From contig CAIKRR010000017.1 of assembly GCA_903829815.1 (NCBI GenBank), positions 18,502-82,501 of the forward strand: DNA of 64,000 nt, written 5' to 3'. Under the pieces are notes generated by a model that made no database searches, was not told the origin of the DNA, and was given only the letters and a program-made list of their open reading frames with translations. Below, one piece after another: positions 11,997-21,046 of the stretch (its first letter is position 1; every line of letters starts with the position of its first letter). Origin of the DNA: an uncultured Pseudomonadota bacterium. GTDB taxonomy: Bacteria; Pseudomonadota; Gammaproteobacteria; Burkholderiales; SG8-39. A program made the translations under genes and the position numbers.

Positions 11997-12748
11997 GGTT
12001 TCTCCACGGGTTTCATGCGGTCGGTGCACGTCTTCGCAGTGCGCCCGAGTCGATCCAGTCGCTCTTTGTCGATCGTGAACGCGATGATCCGCGCATGCGT
12101 GCCTTTCTGCAGGAGGCCGAACGCTGTGCGGTGAGGGTGCTGGCTGCAACGCAGACCCGGCTCGATGGGATGGTGCGCAACGGTCGACATCAGGGTGTGG
12201 TGGCTGAAGTCGATGACAGCCCGGCACGCTGGGGGTCGCTGGAGGACCTGCTCGATACCCTCGAACAGGCCCACGAGCTGCCGCTGCTGGTACTGCTCGA
12301 CGGTGTCCAGGATCCACACAATCTGGGCGCCATCCTGCGCACGGCCGATGGGGCAGGCGTGCACGCCGTCATCGCCCCGCGCGATCGCGCCGCCGGCGTG
12401 TCGGCAACGGTGTCCCGGGTGTCGGCGGGTGCTGCCGACAGCGTTCCCTTCTTCGCAGTCCCCAACCTGGCTCGCGAGATGCGAGCCCTGCGTGACCGGG
12501 GACTCTGGCTGGTGGGGCTCGATGACCAGGCACCGGCCCCCTACCATGCTGCGAGCCTGATACGTCCGCTCGCCTTCGTCATGGGGGCGGAAGGCGCGGG
12601 GCTGCGCCGCCTGACACGCGAACACTGTGATGAACTGGTCAGTATCCCGATGCGCGGTGCGGTCGAGAGCCTGAACGTGTCGGTTGCCACAGCGATATGC
12701 CTCTATGAGGCGCGGCGCCAGCGTGACGTGGCGGGCACGCCCGGCTGA
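11993..12748 (+). CDS. rlmB: 23S rRNA (guanosine-2'-O)-methyltransferase RlmB
   Basis: SpoU/TrmH motifs [27 protein letters not shown] and [14 protein letters not shown]. Start overlaps the rnr stop as ATGA; rnr-rlmB is a conserved pair. Confidence 0.9.
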   Translation: MRFLHGFHAVGARLRSAPESIQSLFVDRERDDPRMRAFLQEAERCAVRVLAATQTRLDGMVRNGRHQGVVAEVDDSPARWGSLEDLLDTLEQAHELPLLVLLDGVQDPHNLGAILRTADGAGVHAVIAPRDRAAGVSATVSRVSAGAADSVPFFAVPNLAREMRALRDRGLWLVGLDDQAPAPYHAASLIRPLAFVMGAEGAGLRRLTREHCDELVSIPMRGAVESLNVSVATAICLYEARRQRDVAGTPG

Positions 12749-12890
12749 CTCAGGTATACTCAGGGGTTCTGTGCTGGCCATCGAGTGGGCGCAGAACACA
12801 TGCGCGAGCTCACAGTCTTGCGTCCTTGCTGCACCGGCGGCACCTGAACGGGGCCTGTCCGGGTAGCTTCAACCACAAGGAGCCTCATTC

Positions 12891-13292
12891 GTGCGGCATT
12901 ATGAAATCACGCTCATCATCCATCCGGATCAGAGCGAGCAGGTGCCGGCCATGATCGAGCGTTATCGCACCTCGATCACCGGCCGCAGCGGTGTGATTCA
13001 CCGCTTCGAGGACTGGGGGCGGCGACAGCTGACCTATCCGATCGCCAAGATCCACAAGGCACATTACGTGCTCATGAACATCGAGTGCGATCAGCAGACA
13101 CTTGACGAACTCGAGCACGCATTCAAGTTCAACGACGCCGTGCTGCGTCATCTGACGGTGAAGATGACCGGCCCGGTGACGACTCCCTCCCCGATGATGA
13201 AGGAAGAGAAGGCCCGCTCGGTCATGTCTCCTTCGGCGGGTGGTGCTGAAGAATCGTCGTCGGCCGCCGGCGCGGTCGCTGAAGCCAGCTGA
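12891..13292 (+). CDS. rpsF: 30S ribosomal protein S6
   Basis: [28 protein letters not shown] start preceded by AAGGAG. Confidence 0.95.
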   Translation: MRHYEITLIIHPDQSEQVPAMIERYRTSITGRSGVIHRFEDWGRRQLTYPIAKIHKAHYVLMNIECDQQTLDELEHAFKFNDAVLRHLTVKMTGPVTTPSPMMKEEKARSVMSPSAGGAEESSSAAGAVAEAS

Positions 13293-13609
13293 ACCGGATC
13301 AGTCTGTCCGGACGGATCGCGCTGCGCGAGCCACTCCGATTCACGCCAGCCGGCATTCCTGTCTCGACGGGTCGATTGCAGCACGAATCGGATCAGGTCG
13401 AGGACGGGCATCCAAGGCGGGTGGCGCTGGAAGTCGAGTGGCTGCTGGCGGGGCAATCGGCCCGCCTGCTGGCAGCGGCGCCCCTTGGGGCGCTGGTTCG
13501 TGCCGAAGGGTTTCTCGCCCCCAAGGCGCGTACCCGGCAGCAACTGGTCTTGCACATAACCGAATTTGAATTGCAGGGAGAAGATGATGGCGACACGATC
13601 GGGCGGTAA
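13289..13609 (+). CDS. priB: primosomal replication protein N (PriB), with a non-canonical start
   Basis: The position between rpsF and rpsR is conserved for priB. The PriB-like sequence [34 protein letters not shown] lies upstream of the only canonical start (TTG 13376). The frame is open back to 13283. My proposed start is the CTG at 13289, which overlaps the rpsF stop as CTGA. Confidence 0.7.
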   Translation: MNRISLSGRIALREPLRFTPAGIPVSTGRLQHESDQVEDGHPRRVALEVEWLLAGQSARLLAAAPLGALVRAEGFLAPKARTRQQLVLHITEFELQGEDDGDTIGR

Positions 13610-13871
13610 GGGCAGGAACGCTCGCAACAAGGACACCCGTACGCGTGACCGTTCACTGTTCAAGCGGCGCAAGTTCTGCCGCTTCTCGGCAGAGGGCATC
13701 AAGTGGATCGATTACAAGGATATCGATCTGCTCAAGGATTTCATCGGCGAGAACGGCAAGCTGATTCCGGCGCGCATCACCGGCACCAAGGCCGGCTATC
13801 AGCGCCAGTTGTCGGTGGCTGTCAAGCGGGCGCGTTTCCTTGCCCTGCTGCCCTATACCGACCTTCACTGA
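13584..13871 (+). CDS. rpsR: 30S ribosomal protein S18
   Basis: [42 protein letters not shown]. Two ATG codons (13584 and 13587) follow GGGAGAAG; which one is used is uncertain. Confidence 0.93.
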   Translation: MMATRSGGKGRNARNKDTRTRDRSLFKRRKFCRFSAEGIKWIDYKDIDLLKDFIGENGKLIPARITGTKAGYQRQLSVAVKRARFLALLPYTDLH

Positions 13872-13883
13872 GAGGACTCGATC

Positions 13884-14333
13884 ATGCAAATCATCCTGAT
13901 GGAGAAGGTGGTCAATCTGGGCGGCCTGGGCGATGTGGTTCGGGTCAAGGATGGCTACGCGCGCAATTTCCTGATTCCGACCGGCAAGGCGCGCCGTGCC
14001 ACGGCAGCCAACCTGGCTGAATTCGAGAAGCGGCGTGTCGAACTGGAGAAGGCTCAGGCCGATGCGCTGGTTGCCGCTCAGGCGCAGGCGACAAAGCTCG
14101 AAGGGCTGGCGGTCAAGATTGCCCGCAAGGCCGGCGTCGATGGCCGACTGTTCGGTTCGGTGAGCAACTTCGATATCGCCGAGGCGTTGCATGCCCAGGG
14201 GCACCCGATCGAGCGTTCGTCGATTCGCCTGCCTGACGGTCCCTTGAAGGCTGTGGGCGAGTTCCCGCTGGTCGTGCAACTGCACACCGATGTGCTCGCG
14301 ACCATCAGCGTCACCGTGGTCGGAGAGCAGTAA
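13884..14333 (+). CDS. rplI: 50S ribosomal protein L9
   Basis: [32 protein letters not shown]. Confidence 0.95.
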   Translation: MQIILMEKVVNLGGLGDVVRVKDGYARNFLIPTGKARRATAANLAEFEKRRVELEKAQADALVAAQAQATKLEGLAVKIARKAGVDGRLFGSVSNFDIAEALHAQGHPIERSSIRLPDGPLKAVGEFPLVVQLHTDVLATISVTVVGEQ

Positions 14334-14361
14334 ACGGCAACGCCGCAGGCCCGGAACCCGC

Positions 14362-15792
14362 ATGGCTGATTTTGATTCAGACCGCGACTCCGGGTCTGGC
14401 ATGACCTCGGGTGGTGACCCTCAGGTTGCTGCCCTGCGCGTGCCGCCCAACTCGCTCGAGGCTGAGCAGGCCGTGCTCGGGGGCCTGCTGCTTGACAATA
14501 CGGCCTGGGATCGCATCGCCGATGTGATCACCCCGAACGACTTCTACCGCGACGATCACCGCCGAATTTTCCACCATATCGGCAGGCTCATCGAACAGAG
14601 TCGGCCAGCCGACGTGGTGACGCTCGCCGAGGCCATCGACAACAGCGAGGATCGCGATCGCACGGGCGGTCTGTCCTATCTGGGCATGCTCTCGCAGAGC
14701 ACGCCCTCGGCACACAACATCCGGCGCTACGCCGAAATCGTGCGCGAGCGCTCGGTGATGCGGCGCCTCATTTCTGTGGCCAACGAGATTTCCGACGGGG
14801 CCTTCAATCCCCAGGGGCGTGACGCCACCCAGTTGCTCGATGAGGCCGAGTCGCGCATCTTCGAGATTGCCGAGGCAGGTGCTCGTGGCAAGGCCGGTTT
14901 TGTCGCCATCCAGCCCTTGTTGGCCCAGGTGATGGACCGCATCGATGCCCTGTTCCATCGGCAGAATGCCTCTGACGTTACCGGGGTTCCGACCGGCTTT
15001 GCCGATCTCGACCAGATGACTGCCGGCTTGCAGGAGGGTGATCTCATCATCGTCGCCGGCCGGCCGAGCATGGGCAAGACCGCCTTCGCTCTGAATATTG
15101 CCGAAAACGTTGCCGTGGACACCAAGTTGCCCGTAGCGGTTTTCAGCATGGAAATGGGCGGCACCCAACTGGCCATGCGGATGATCGGCTCGATCGGTCG
15201 ACTCGATCAGTCGCGTCTTCGCACGGCACGGCTCAACAATGATGACTGGGCGCGACTCAGTCATGCGGTGGCCAAGCTGAACGAGGCGCCGATACACATC
15301 GACGAGACACCGGCGCTCAACTCCTTCGAGTTGAAGGCGCGCGCACGCCGATTGCACCGTCAGTATGGCAAGCTCGGGCTGATCGTCATCGACTATCTGC
15401 AGTTGATGTCCTCGGTGAAGAGCGGCGAGAACCGCGCGACCGAGATATCGGAAATTTCGCGCTCGTTGAAGGCGCTGGCCAAGGAACTGTCGGTGCCCGT
15501 GATCGCACTGTCGCAGCTCAATCGCAGCCTGGAGCAGCGACCCAACAAGCGGCCAGTCATGTCTGATCTGCGGGAGAGTGGCGCCATCGAGCAGGACGCC
15601 GACGTGATTCTCTTCATCTATCGCGACGAGGTCTACAACCCGGATTCACCCGACAAGGGCAAGGCCGAGATCATCGTTGGCAAGCAGCGAAATGGGCCGA
15701 TCGGCATGGTGCCGCTGACCTTTCTCGGTCAGTACACGCGGTTCGAGAACTTTGCCGGGGGCGGTGGCAGCAGTGGTGGATCGGACTACTAG
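14362..15792 (+). CDS. dnaB: replicative DNA helicase DnaB
   Basis: PPNSLEAEQAVLGGLLLDN, Walker A GRPSMGKTAFALN and LSQLNRSLEQR. ATG at 14362. Confidence 0.95.
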   Translation: MADFDSDRDSGSGMTSGGDPQVAALRVPPNSLEAEQAVLGGLLLDNTAWDRIADVITPNDFYRDDHRRIFHHIGRLIEQSRPADVVTLAEAIDNSEDRDRTGGLSYLGMLSQSTPSAHNIRRYAEIVRERSVMRRLISVANEISDGAFNPQGRDATQLLDEAESRIFEIAEAGARGKAGFVAIQPLLAQVMDRIDALFHRQNASDVTGVPTGFADLDQMTAGLQEGDLIIVAGRPSMGKTAFALNIAENVAVDTKLPVAVFSMEMGGTQLAMRMIGSIGRLDQSRLRTARLNNDDWARLSHAVAKLNEAPIHIDETPALNSFELKARARRLHRQYGKLGLIVIDYLQLMSSVKSGENRATEISEISRSLKALAKELSVPVIALSQLNRSLEQRPNKRPVMSDLRESGAIEQDADVILFIYRDEVYNPDSPDKGKAEIIVGKQRNGPIGMVPLTFLGQYTRFENFAGGGGSSGGSDY

Positions 15793-15852
15793 GCCCGGTA
15801 GCGGCATGCGACAATGCGGTGCGATCATCGCGCACTCTTGTCAAACGGGCTC

Positions 15853-16827
15853 ATGATTCTGCGCACCTTCTTCCAGGCTCTCCTCCTTGTCTTCGTCGCG
15901 GGCCTCGATCTGATCGGGTCGGTTGCCGGTGCCGAGACCCTCATCGTGCTCAATTCAGGCGATGCAACGCTCTCGATCATCGATCGCGAGACGCGCAAGT
16001 CCGTTGGTCTGGTCAATACCGGCAAGGAACCCCATCATCTGATGGCAACGCCGGATGATCGCTCGCTCATCATTGCCAGTTCGGCTTCCAACGAACTGCT
16101 GTTCGTCGATCCGCGCTCCGGTGCAGTCCAGCGCCGCATCCGCGACATTGCCGACCCCTACCAGATCGGCTACTCCCCCGATGGCAAGTGGTTTGTTGCC
16201 AATGCCTTTCGGCTCAACCATGTCGATATCTATTCTGCGGCCGATTTCACATTGGCAAAGCGCATTCCGCTGGGCAAGTTGCCCAGCCATCTGGCTTTCG
16301 ATCGATCAAGTCGCTTTGTCTTCGTCACGTTGCAGGACTCGCGCAAGCTCGCGGCCATAGACCTCGCGACCCAGGCGGTCGCCTGGGAACTCGAAGTGGG
16401 CGACACACCAGCCGGTGTCTGGATGACGCCCGATGACCGCCATCTGCTGGTGGGCGTCATGGGGGCGGGTGATGTGGCGGTGGTCGACTGGCGTACGCGT
16501 CAGATCGTCAAGCGCATCGTGACCGATCGGGGGGCGCACAACTTCCAGGCACTGGGTGACGGCCGCCATGTTTTCGTGTCCAACCGTAGCGCCAATACCG
16601 TTTCCTTGATCGATCAGCAAACGCTTGCGGTGGTAAAGACGTTCAAGACCCCGAGCGGCCCCGATTGCATGGAAGTGAGCGCCGATCGCAAGGAGCTCTG
16701 GCTCACCGCCCGCTGGGCGCGCAAGGTGGCGGTATTCGATATCGACAGCGGAAAGTTGAAGTTCACCATTCCGGTTGGCCGCTCGCCGCATGGTCTTTTC
16801 TTCCTGAGCCATGCGCCACGCGTCTAG
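15853..16827 (+). CDS. secreted YVTN-type beta-propeller repeat protein
   Basis: Signal peptide MILRTFFQALLLVFVAGLDLIGSVAGA, followed by repeated propeller-blade-like segments (for example PHHLMATPDDRSLIIAS, PYQIGYSPDGKWFVAN, PAGVWMTPDDRHLLVG). Confidence 0.7.
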   Translation: MILRTFFQALLLVFVAGLDLIGSVAGAETLIVLNSGDATLSIIDRETRKSVGLVNTGKEPHHLMATPDDRSLIIASSASNELLFVDPRSGAVQRRIRDIADPYQIGYSPDGKWFVANAFRLNHVDIYSAADFTLAKRIPLGKLPSHLAFDRSSRFVFVTLQDSRKLAAIDLATQAVAWELEVGDTPAGVWMTPDDRHLLVGVMGAGDVAVVDWRTRQIVKRIVTDRGAHNFQALGDGRHVFVSNRSANTVSLIDQQTLAVVKTFKTPSGPDCMEVSADRKELWLTARWARKVAVFDIDSGKLKFTIPVGRSPHGLFFLSHAPRV

Positions 16828-17674
16828 GCTGGGCATGGCGGCGCTGCGCGGCGTCCTGAGTTGCCTGTGTCTGGCCTCAGGCGCCCAACCGGCGCTTGCG
16901 GCGTCCGCAGCGACAAAGCCGACCGCACCGGGCAGCAGCATCGTACCGATGGTGGCCGATGCAGGCAGCGGACAAGTCTGTCGTGGCACGCTGTATCTCA
17001 CCATCGACACCGGCAGCATGTCGCAGGCCCAAACCATTGCCCGCATTCTCTCTCGTCACTCAGTTCGGGCCACCTTCTTTCTGGCCAATGAGCCTACCGT
17101 GCACGGTGACGACGCCCTCGACGAGGGCTGGGCCGGCTTCTGGCGTGATCGTGTGCGTGAGGGGCATGTCTTTGCAAGTCATACCTGGCGGCACGGTGTC
17201 TTTCGGGGCGATCTGCCCGACGGTCGTACTCGCTACGTCCTGGCCGATGGCAGCACCGAACGGCTCGATGCCCGGGGGGTCTGTGCCGAGATCGCCCGGG
17301 TCGACGAGCGCTTTCGCGCCATCACCGGGCAGCCACTGGCGCCCTTTTGGCGGGCCCCCGCCGGGCGCACGACACCGGCCGTACTGGCCGCCGCGCAGTC
17401 CTGCGGCTACCAGCATGTCGGCTGGTCGGCAGCAGGGTTCCTGGGCGACGAACTGCCCTCCGATCGTTATCCCAACCGGATGCTGCTCGATCGCGCACTG
17501 ACCCACCTGCGTGATGGCGACGTGATGATGATGCACACCGGTATCCGTTCGCGTCGGGATCCGTTTGCGCCGATGCTCGATCCGCTGATCGAAACACTGA
17601 AGACGCGGGGTTTTTGTTTTGCCACCTTGCGTGAGCGCGATCCGCGCCAGGCACTGCCCGCAGGCGGGTACTGA
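16811..17674 (+). CDS. secreted polysaccharide deacetylase (NodB-homology) family protein
   Basis: Signal peptide ...ASGAQPALAA. NodB-like motifs LTIDTGS, SHTWRH and WRAPAG. Overlaps the upstream gene by 17 nt. Confidence 0.75.
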   Translation: MRHASRLGMAALRGVLSCLCLASGAQPALAASAATKPTAPGSSIVPMVADAGSGQVCRGTLYLTIDTGSMSQAQTIARILSRHSVRATFFLANEPTVHGDDALDEGWAGFWRDRVREGHVFASHTWRHGVFRGDLPDGRTRYVLADGSTERLDARGVCAEIARVDERFRAITGQPLAPFWRAPAGRTTPAVLAAAQSCGYQHVGWSAAGFLGDELPSDRYPNRMLLDRALTHLRDGDVMMMHTGIRSRRDPFAPMLDPLIETLKTRGFCFATLRERDPRQALPAGGY

Positions 17675-18630
17675 TGGACGCCTACGCAGGCAGCGTCGGC
17701 ATGCTGCAGACCTGGATCTTCGAGACCCTGGTGCAGCCCAGCCTCTACGCAACGGGTCTGATCGGGCTTGACGAGATCGCGTTCGAAGCGACCGAGTGGT
17801 TCATCCTGGGTGCGCTGCAGGTGCTGCTGCTGTTCATCGTGCTGCGGCCACTCGAGGCGTGGCGCCCGGCTGAACGCTGGTCGGATCGTCAGGGGGTAGG
17901 CGTCGATATTTTCTATACCCTGCTGCATCGCCTCGGACTGGTGCCGCTCCTTTTCTTTGCGCTGCTCACCCCGATTGCCGATTCGATCGAGGGGTGGACG
18001 CGCCTCCACGGGTTCATGCCCTGGAATGTCGAGGGCTGGTGGCCGGCACTGGTCGAGCACCCATTCACGACTTTCGTCATCTACCTGGTGGTGCTCGATC
18101 TGGCCGAATACCTGCGTCATCGACTGCAGCACCGATTCGAACTCTGGTGGGCCCTGCATGCGTTGCATCACAGCCAGCAGCGCATGAGTTTCTGGACCGA
18201 TGATCGCAATCATCTGCTCGACGATCTGCTCCAGGCGGTGTGGCTTGCCACACTCGCTCTCCTCATTGGCGTCTCACCGTCCCAGTTTGTCGGGATCGTG
18301 ATGCTGACCCGGTCGCTCGAGAGCCTTTCTCACGCCAATGTCGATCTCTCGTTCGGACGTATCGGCGAGCGCCTGTTGGTGAGTCCGCGCTTTCACCGTC
18401 TGCATCATGCAATCGGAACCGGCCATGAAGGCGTCCATCACGGCTGCAACTTTGCGATACTTTTTCCGGTTTGGGATATCCTTTTCGGGACTGCACGCTG
18501 GCAAGGACCGATCGAGCCCACCGGTGTGCGTGATCAGGGAAAAGGGCGTGACTATGGCGCGAGCTTTCTGGCGCAGCAGCGGCTCGGCTTGTCGAGAGTT
18601 GCTGCGGTCATTTCAGGGCGTTCGGTGTAG
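17674..18630 (+). CDS. sterol desaturase / fatty acid hydroxylase superfamily membrane protein
   Basis: Three histidine boxes (HRLQH, HALHH, HRLHH) and several hydrophobic segments. Its ATG shares one nt with the upstream TGA. Confidence 0.8.
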   Translation: MDAYAGSVGMLQTWIFETLVQPSLYATGLIGLDEIAFEATEWFILGALQVLLLFIVLRPLEAWRPAERWSDRQGVGVDIFYTLLHRLGLVPLLFFALLTPIADSIEGWTRLHGFMPWNVEGWWPALVEHPFTTFVIYLVVLDLAEYLRHRLQHRFELWWALHALHHSQQRMSFWTDDRNHLLDDLLQAVWLATLALLIGVSPSQFVGIVMLTRSLESLSHANVDLSFGRIGERLLVSPRFHRLHHAIGTGHEGVHHGCNFAILFPVWDILFGTARWQGPIEPTGVRDQGKGRDYGASFLAQQRLGLSRVAAVISGRSV

Positions 18631-18648
18631 CTTCGTCAGGGAGTCGCC

Positions 18649-20994
18649 ATGCTGGTAGTCCCCTTGGGTGCCGTGGGCGTTCGTCTTGTGCGCGCGCCTT
18701 CGATGGCCCTGCAAGGAGGCCGCAGGGCGCACGCTCGCAGCAGGGGCCGCCTGCTGGCTGCTGCCGGCCTCGCCCTTGCAGGCTGGTCGAGTCTTGCAGT
18801 TTCTGCCGATTTTCGTGCTGTCCAAATGCAGGCAAACCCCGTCAGCCCCGCGGCAGCGCAAGCCGCCGTACCGCGCCCCCGACTCGGGCTGGTTCTGGGT
18901 GGCGGCGGTGCGCGCGGCATGGCCCATATCGGTGTGCTGAAGGTGCTCGAATCGCTCCGTGTGCCGGTGGATGTGGTGACTGGCACTTCGATGGGATCCA
19001 TCGTCGGTGGTGTCTTTGCCACCGGCATGACGGCCACCGAGATGGAGCGGCGCGTGCTGGCCGTCGACTGGAATGTGGTTTTCGACGACCGGATCGATCG
19101 CGCCAATCTGTCGATGCGTCGAAAGGAAGACAGCCGAGCGTCCTTGTTTCGACCTGAATTCGGTCTGCGCGATGGCAAGATCCAGTTGCCCGTCGGCGCC
19201 ATTGCCGGGCGGCGGCTTGACCTGCTGCTGCATGATCTGACGCTGCCCGCGACCCGGCAGGTCTCGTTCGATGACCTGGCGATTCCATTTCGTGCGATTG
19301 CCACCGATCTGGTGACCGGTGACATGGTGGTTCAGCGTGGCGGTTTTCTTGCACAGGCGGTACGGGCCAGCATGTCGGTGCCTGGCGCGTTTGATCCGGT
19401 GGAAATCGACGGACGCTTGCTGGTCGATGGCGGTCTGGTTCGCAACGTGCCGGTCGATATCGCGCGCGACATGGGCGCCGAGGTGGTCATTGCGGTCGAT
19501 GTGGGCGCATTGAATCGCACACGTCCCGAACTCGATTCGCTCACCGCCGTGCTCGATCAGATGGTCAACATCAACATTCGGCGCAATGCCGATGCGTCCC
19601 TTGCCAGCCTGGCCGGGCGCGATGTGAAGATCACGCCCGATCTGGGCACGGTCGGGTCGGCCGACTTCCCGCGTGCAGCCGATGCCATCGCCGCCGGTGA
19701 GAAGGCTGCCCGGGCTGTTGCCGATCAGCTCGCCGCGTTCTCGGTAAGCCCCGAGGCCTATGCACGTTGGCAGCGCTCACTGGAGCGTTCTGTTCAGGAC
19801 GTCGAGCGCTACGACTTTGTCGAAATCGTGGGGCCGCAGCGGGTCAACCCCAAGGCCCTGCTCTCGACGATGGCCACCCGGCCGGGGGATATCGTGACGG
19901 GCCAGCAGCTCAATGATGACCTCGAGCGGCTCCAGGCGCGCGGCGAGTTCGAGTATGTCGAGGCACGCACCATCGAGGATGATCGCGGCCAGGGACTGCG
20001 CATGAAGTTCACTGAAAAGCGCTGGGGCCCCAACATCATGAAACTCGGCCTGTCGCTCAATTCGGACGTGCAGGGCGACTCGGCCTATGAGTTGGGCGCG
20101 CGGTACACCCGCACCTGGATCAACGAACTGGGGGGTGAACTGCGGGGCGAGGCCGCCTATGGGCGGCTGCGCCGCGTCTATGGCGAGCTCTATCAGCCGC
20201 TGGATCTGGACGGTCTTGTCTATGTGCGTCCGTATGCCGGGGCCCAGCGCAATACCGTGAACCTTTTTCAGGGGCATCAGCGGATCGCGGTGTATGACGT
20301 ACAGGACGTATTCACCGGCTTCGATATCGGACACCAGCTCTTCAAGTGGGCCGATGTGAGTGTCGGCGCACGATATTCGTCTTCGCACGCGCTGCCGATC
20401 ATCGGGCTGCCGAACTATCCCACCGTGCAGACGCCCTATGGCGGTTATACCTGGAGGGCGGTGTACGATCAGTTCGACAATTTCTTCTTTCCGACCACCG
20501 GTGCTTTTGTCGAAGCGAAAGGCCTGATGGCGCGACCCTCGCTCGGTTCCAACGAGAGCACCAATCTCGCCCAGGCGAGCTTCAGCCAGGCCTGGAGCCA
20601 GGGGCGGTCGAGCTGGGTGGCGGGCTTCGAGGCAGGGCGCGTCTACAACGTTGACCCCAATTCCTTGCAGAGCCTCACACTGGGTGGCCTTTTCAGACTC
20701 TCGGGTCTGCGTACCGAAGAGTTGCGCGGACCCAAGATGGCCCTGGGGCGGGTGATCTACAGCTACCGGCTTGACGAACTGCCCTCGATGCTCGGTGGCA
20801 ATGTGTTCATCGGTGGTTCTGCCGAGGTGGGTAATGTCTGGCACCAGAACGAAACGATGAGCACTTCGAACGTGGTGGTGTCAGGCTCGATCTACTTTGG
20901 CGCCGACACCGCGGCTGGCCCCCTGTACCTTGCCTTTGGCAAGGCCGCGGGCAACGTCACGAGCCTGTACGTTTATCTCGGCCGGCCTTTCTGA
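18649..20994 (+). CDS. patatin-like phospholipase fused to a POTRA/Omp85 beta-barrel (PlpD-like, type Vd autotransporter architecture)
   Basis: Signal peptide ...GWSSLAVSA. Patatin motifs GGGGARG, GTSMGS and DGG. The C-terminal approximately 350 aa is rich in aromatic/Gly alternation and ends LYVYLGRPF (terminal Phe). GGAG Shine-Dalgarno 5 nt upstream. Confidence 0.85.
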   Translation: MLVVPLGAVGVRLVRAPSMALQGGRRAHARSRGRLLAAAGLALAGWSSLAVSADFRAVQMQANPVSPAAAQAAVPRPRLGLVLGGGGARGMAHIGVLKVLESLRVPVDVVTGTSMGSIVGGVFATGMTATEMERRVLAVDWNVVFDDRIDRANLSMRRKEDSRASLFRPEFGLRDGKIQLPVGAIAGRRLDLLLHDLTLPATRQVSFDDLAIPFRAIATDLVTGDMVVQRGGFLAQAVRASMSVPGAFDPVEIDGRLLVDGGLVRNVPVDIARDMGAEVVIAVDVGALNRTRPELDSLTAVLDQMVNINIRRNADASLASLAGRDVKITPDLGTVGSADFPRAADAIAAGEKAARAVADQLAAFSVSPEAYARWQRSLERSVQDVERYDFVEIVGPQRVNPKALLSTMATRPGDIVTGQQLNDDLERLQARGEFEYVEARTIEDDRGQGLRMKFTEKRWGPNIMKLGLSLNSDVQGDSAYELGARYTRTWINELGGELRGEAAYGRLRRVYGELYQPLDLDGLVYVRPYAGAQRNTVNLFQGHQRIAVYDVQDVFTGFDIGHQLFKWADVSVGARYSSSHALPIIGLPNYPTVQTPYGGYTWRAVYDQFDNFFFPTTGAFVEAKGLMARPSLGSNESTNLAQASFSQAWSQGRSSWVAGFEAGRVYNVDPNSLQSLTLGGLFRLSGLRTEELRGPKMALGRVIYSYRLDELPSMLGGNVFIGGSAEVGNVWHQNETMSTSNVVVSGSIYFGADTAAGPLYLAFGKAAGNVTSLYVYLGRPF

Positions 20995-21046
20995 TCCCTC
21001 GCTCTACCCGGGGCTGCGCCAGGGCAGGGCAAGCCCGCGAGATTTC

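Noticed and set aside
13376-13609. 77-aa version of PriB starting at the TTG at 13376
   Set aside because: It would remove the conserved N-terminal PriB region, which is encoded in the same open frame upstream. I prefer a non-canonical start near 13289 (see the priB finding).
20995-21046. Bidirectional terminator between the convergent PlpD-like and PhoH-like genes
   Set aside because: Only a weak 5-bp stem (GGGCT/AGCCC) can be drawn and there is no T-tract. This is not enough evidence to call a terminator.
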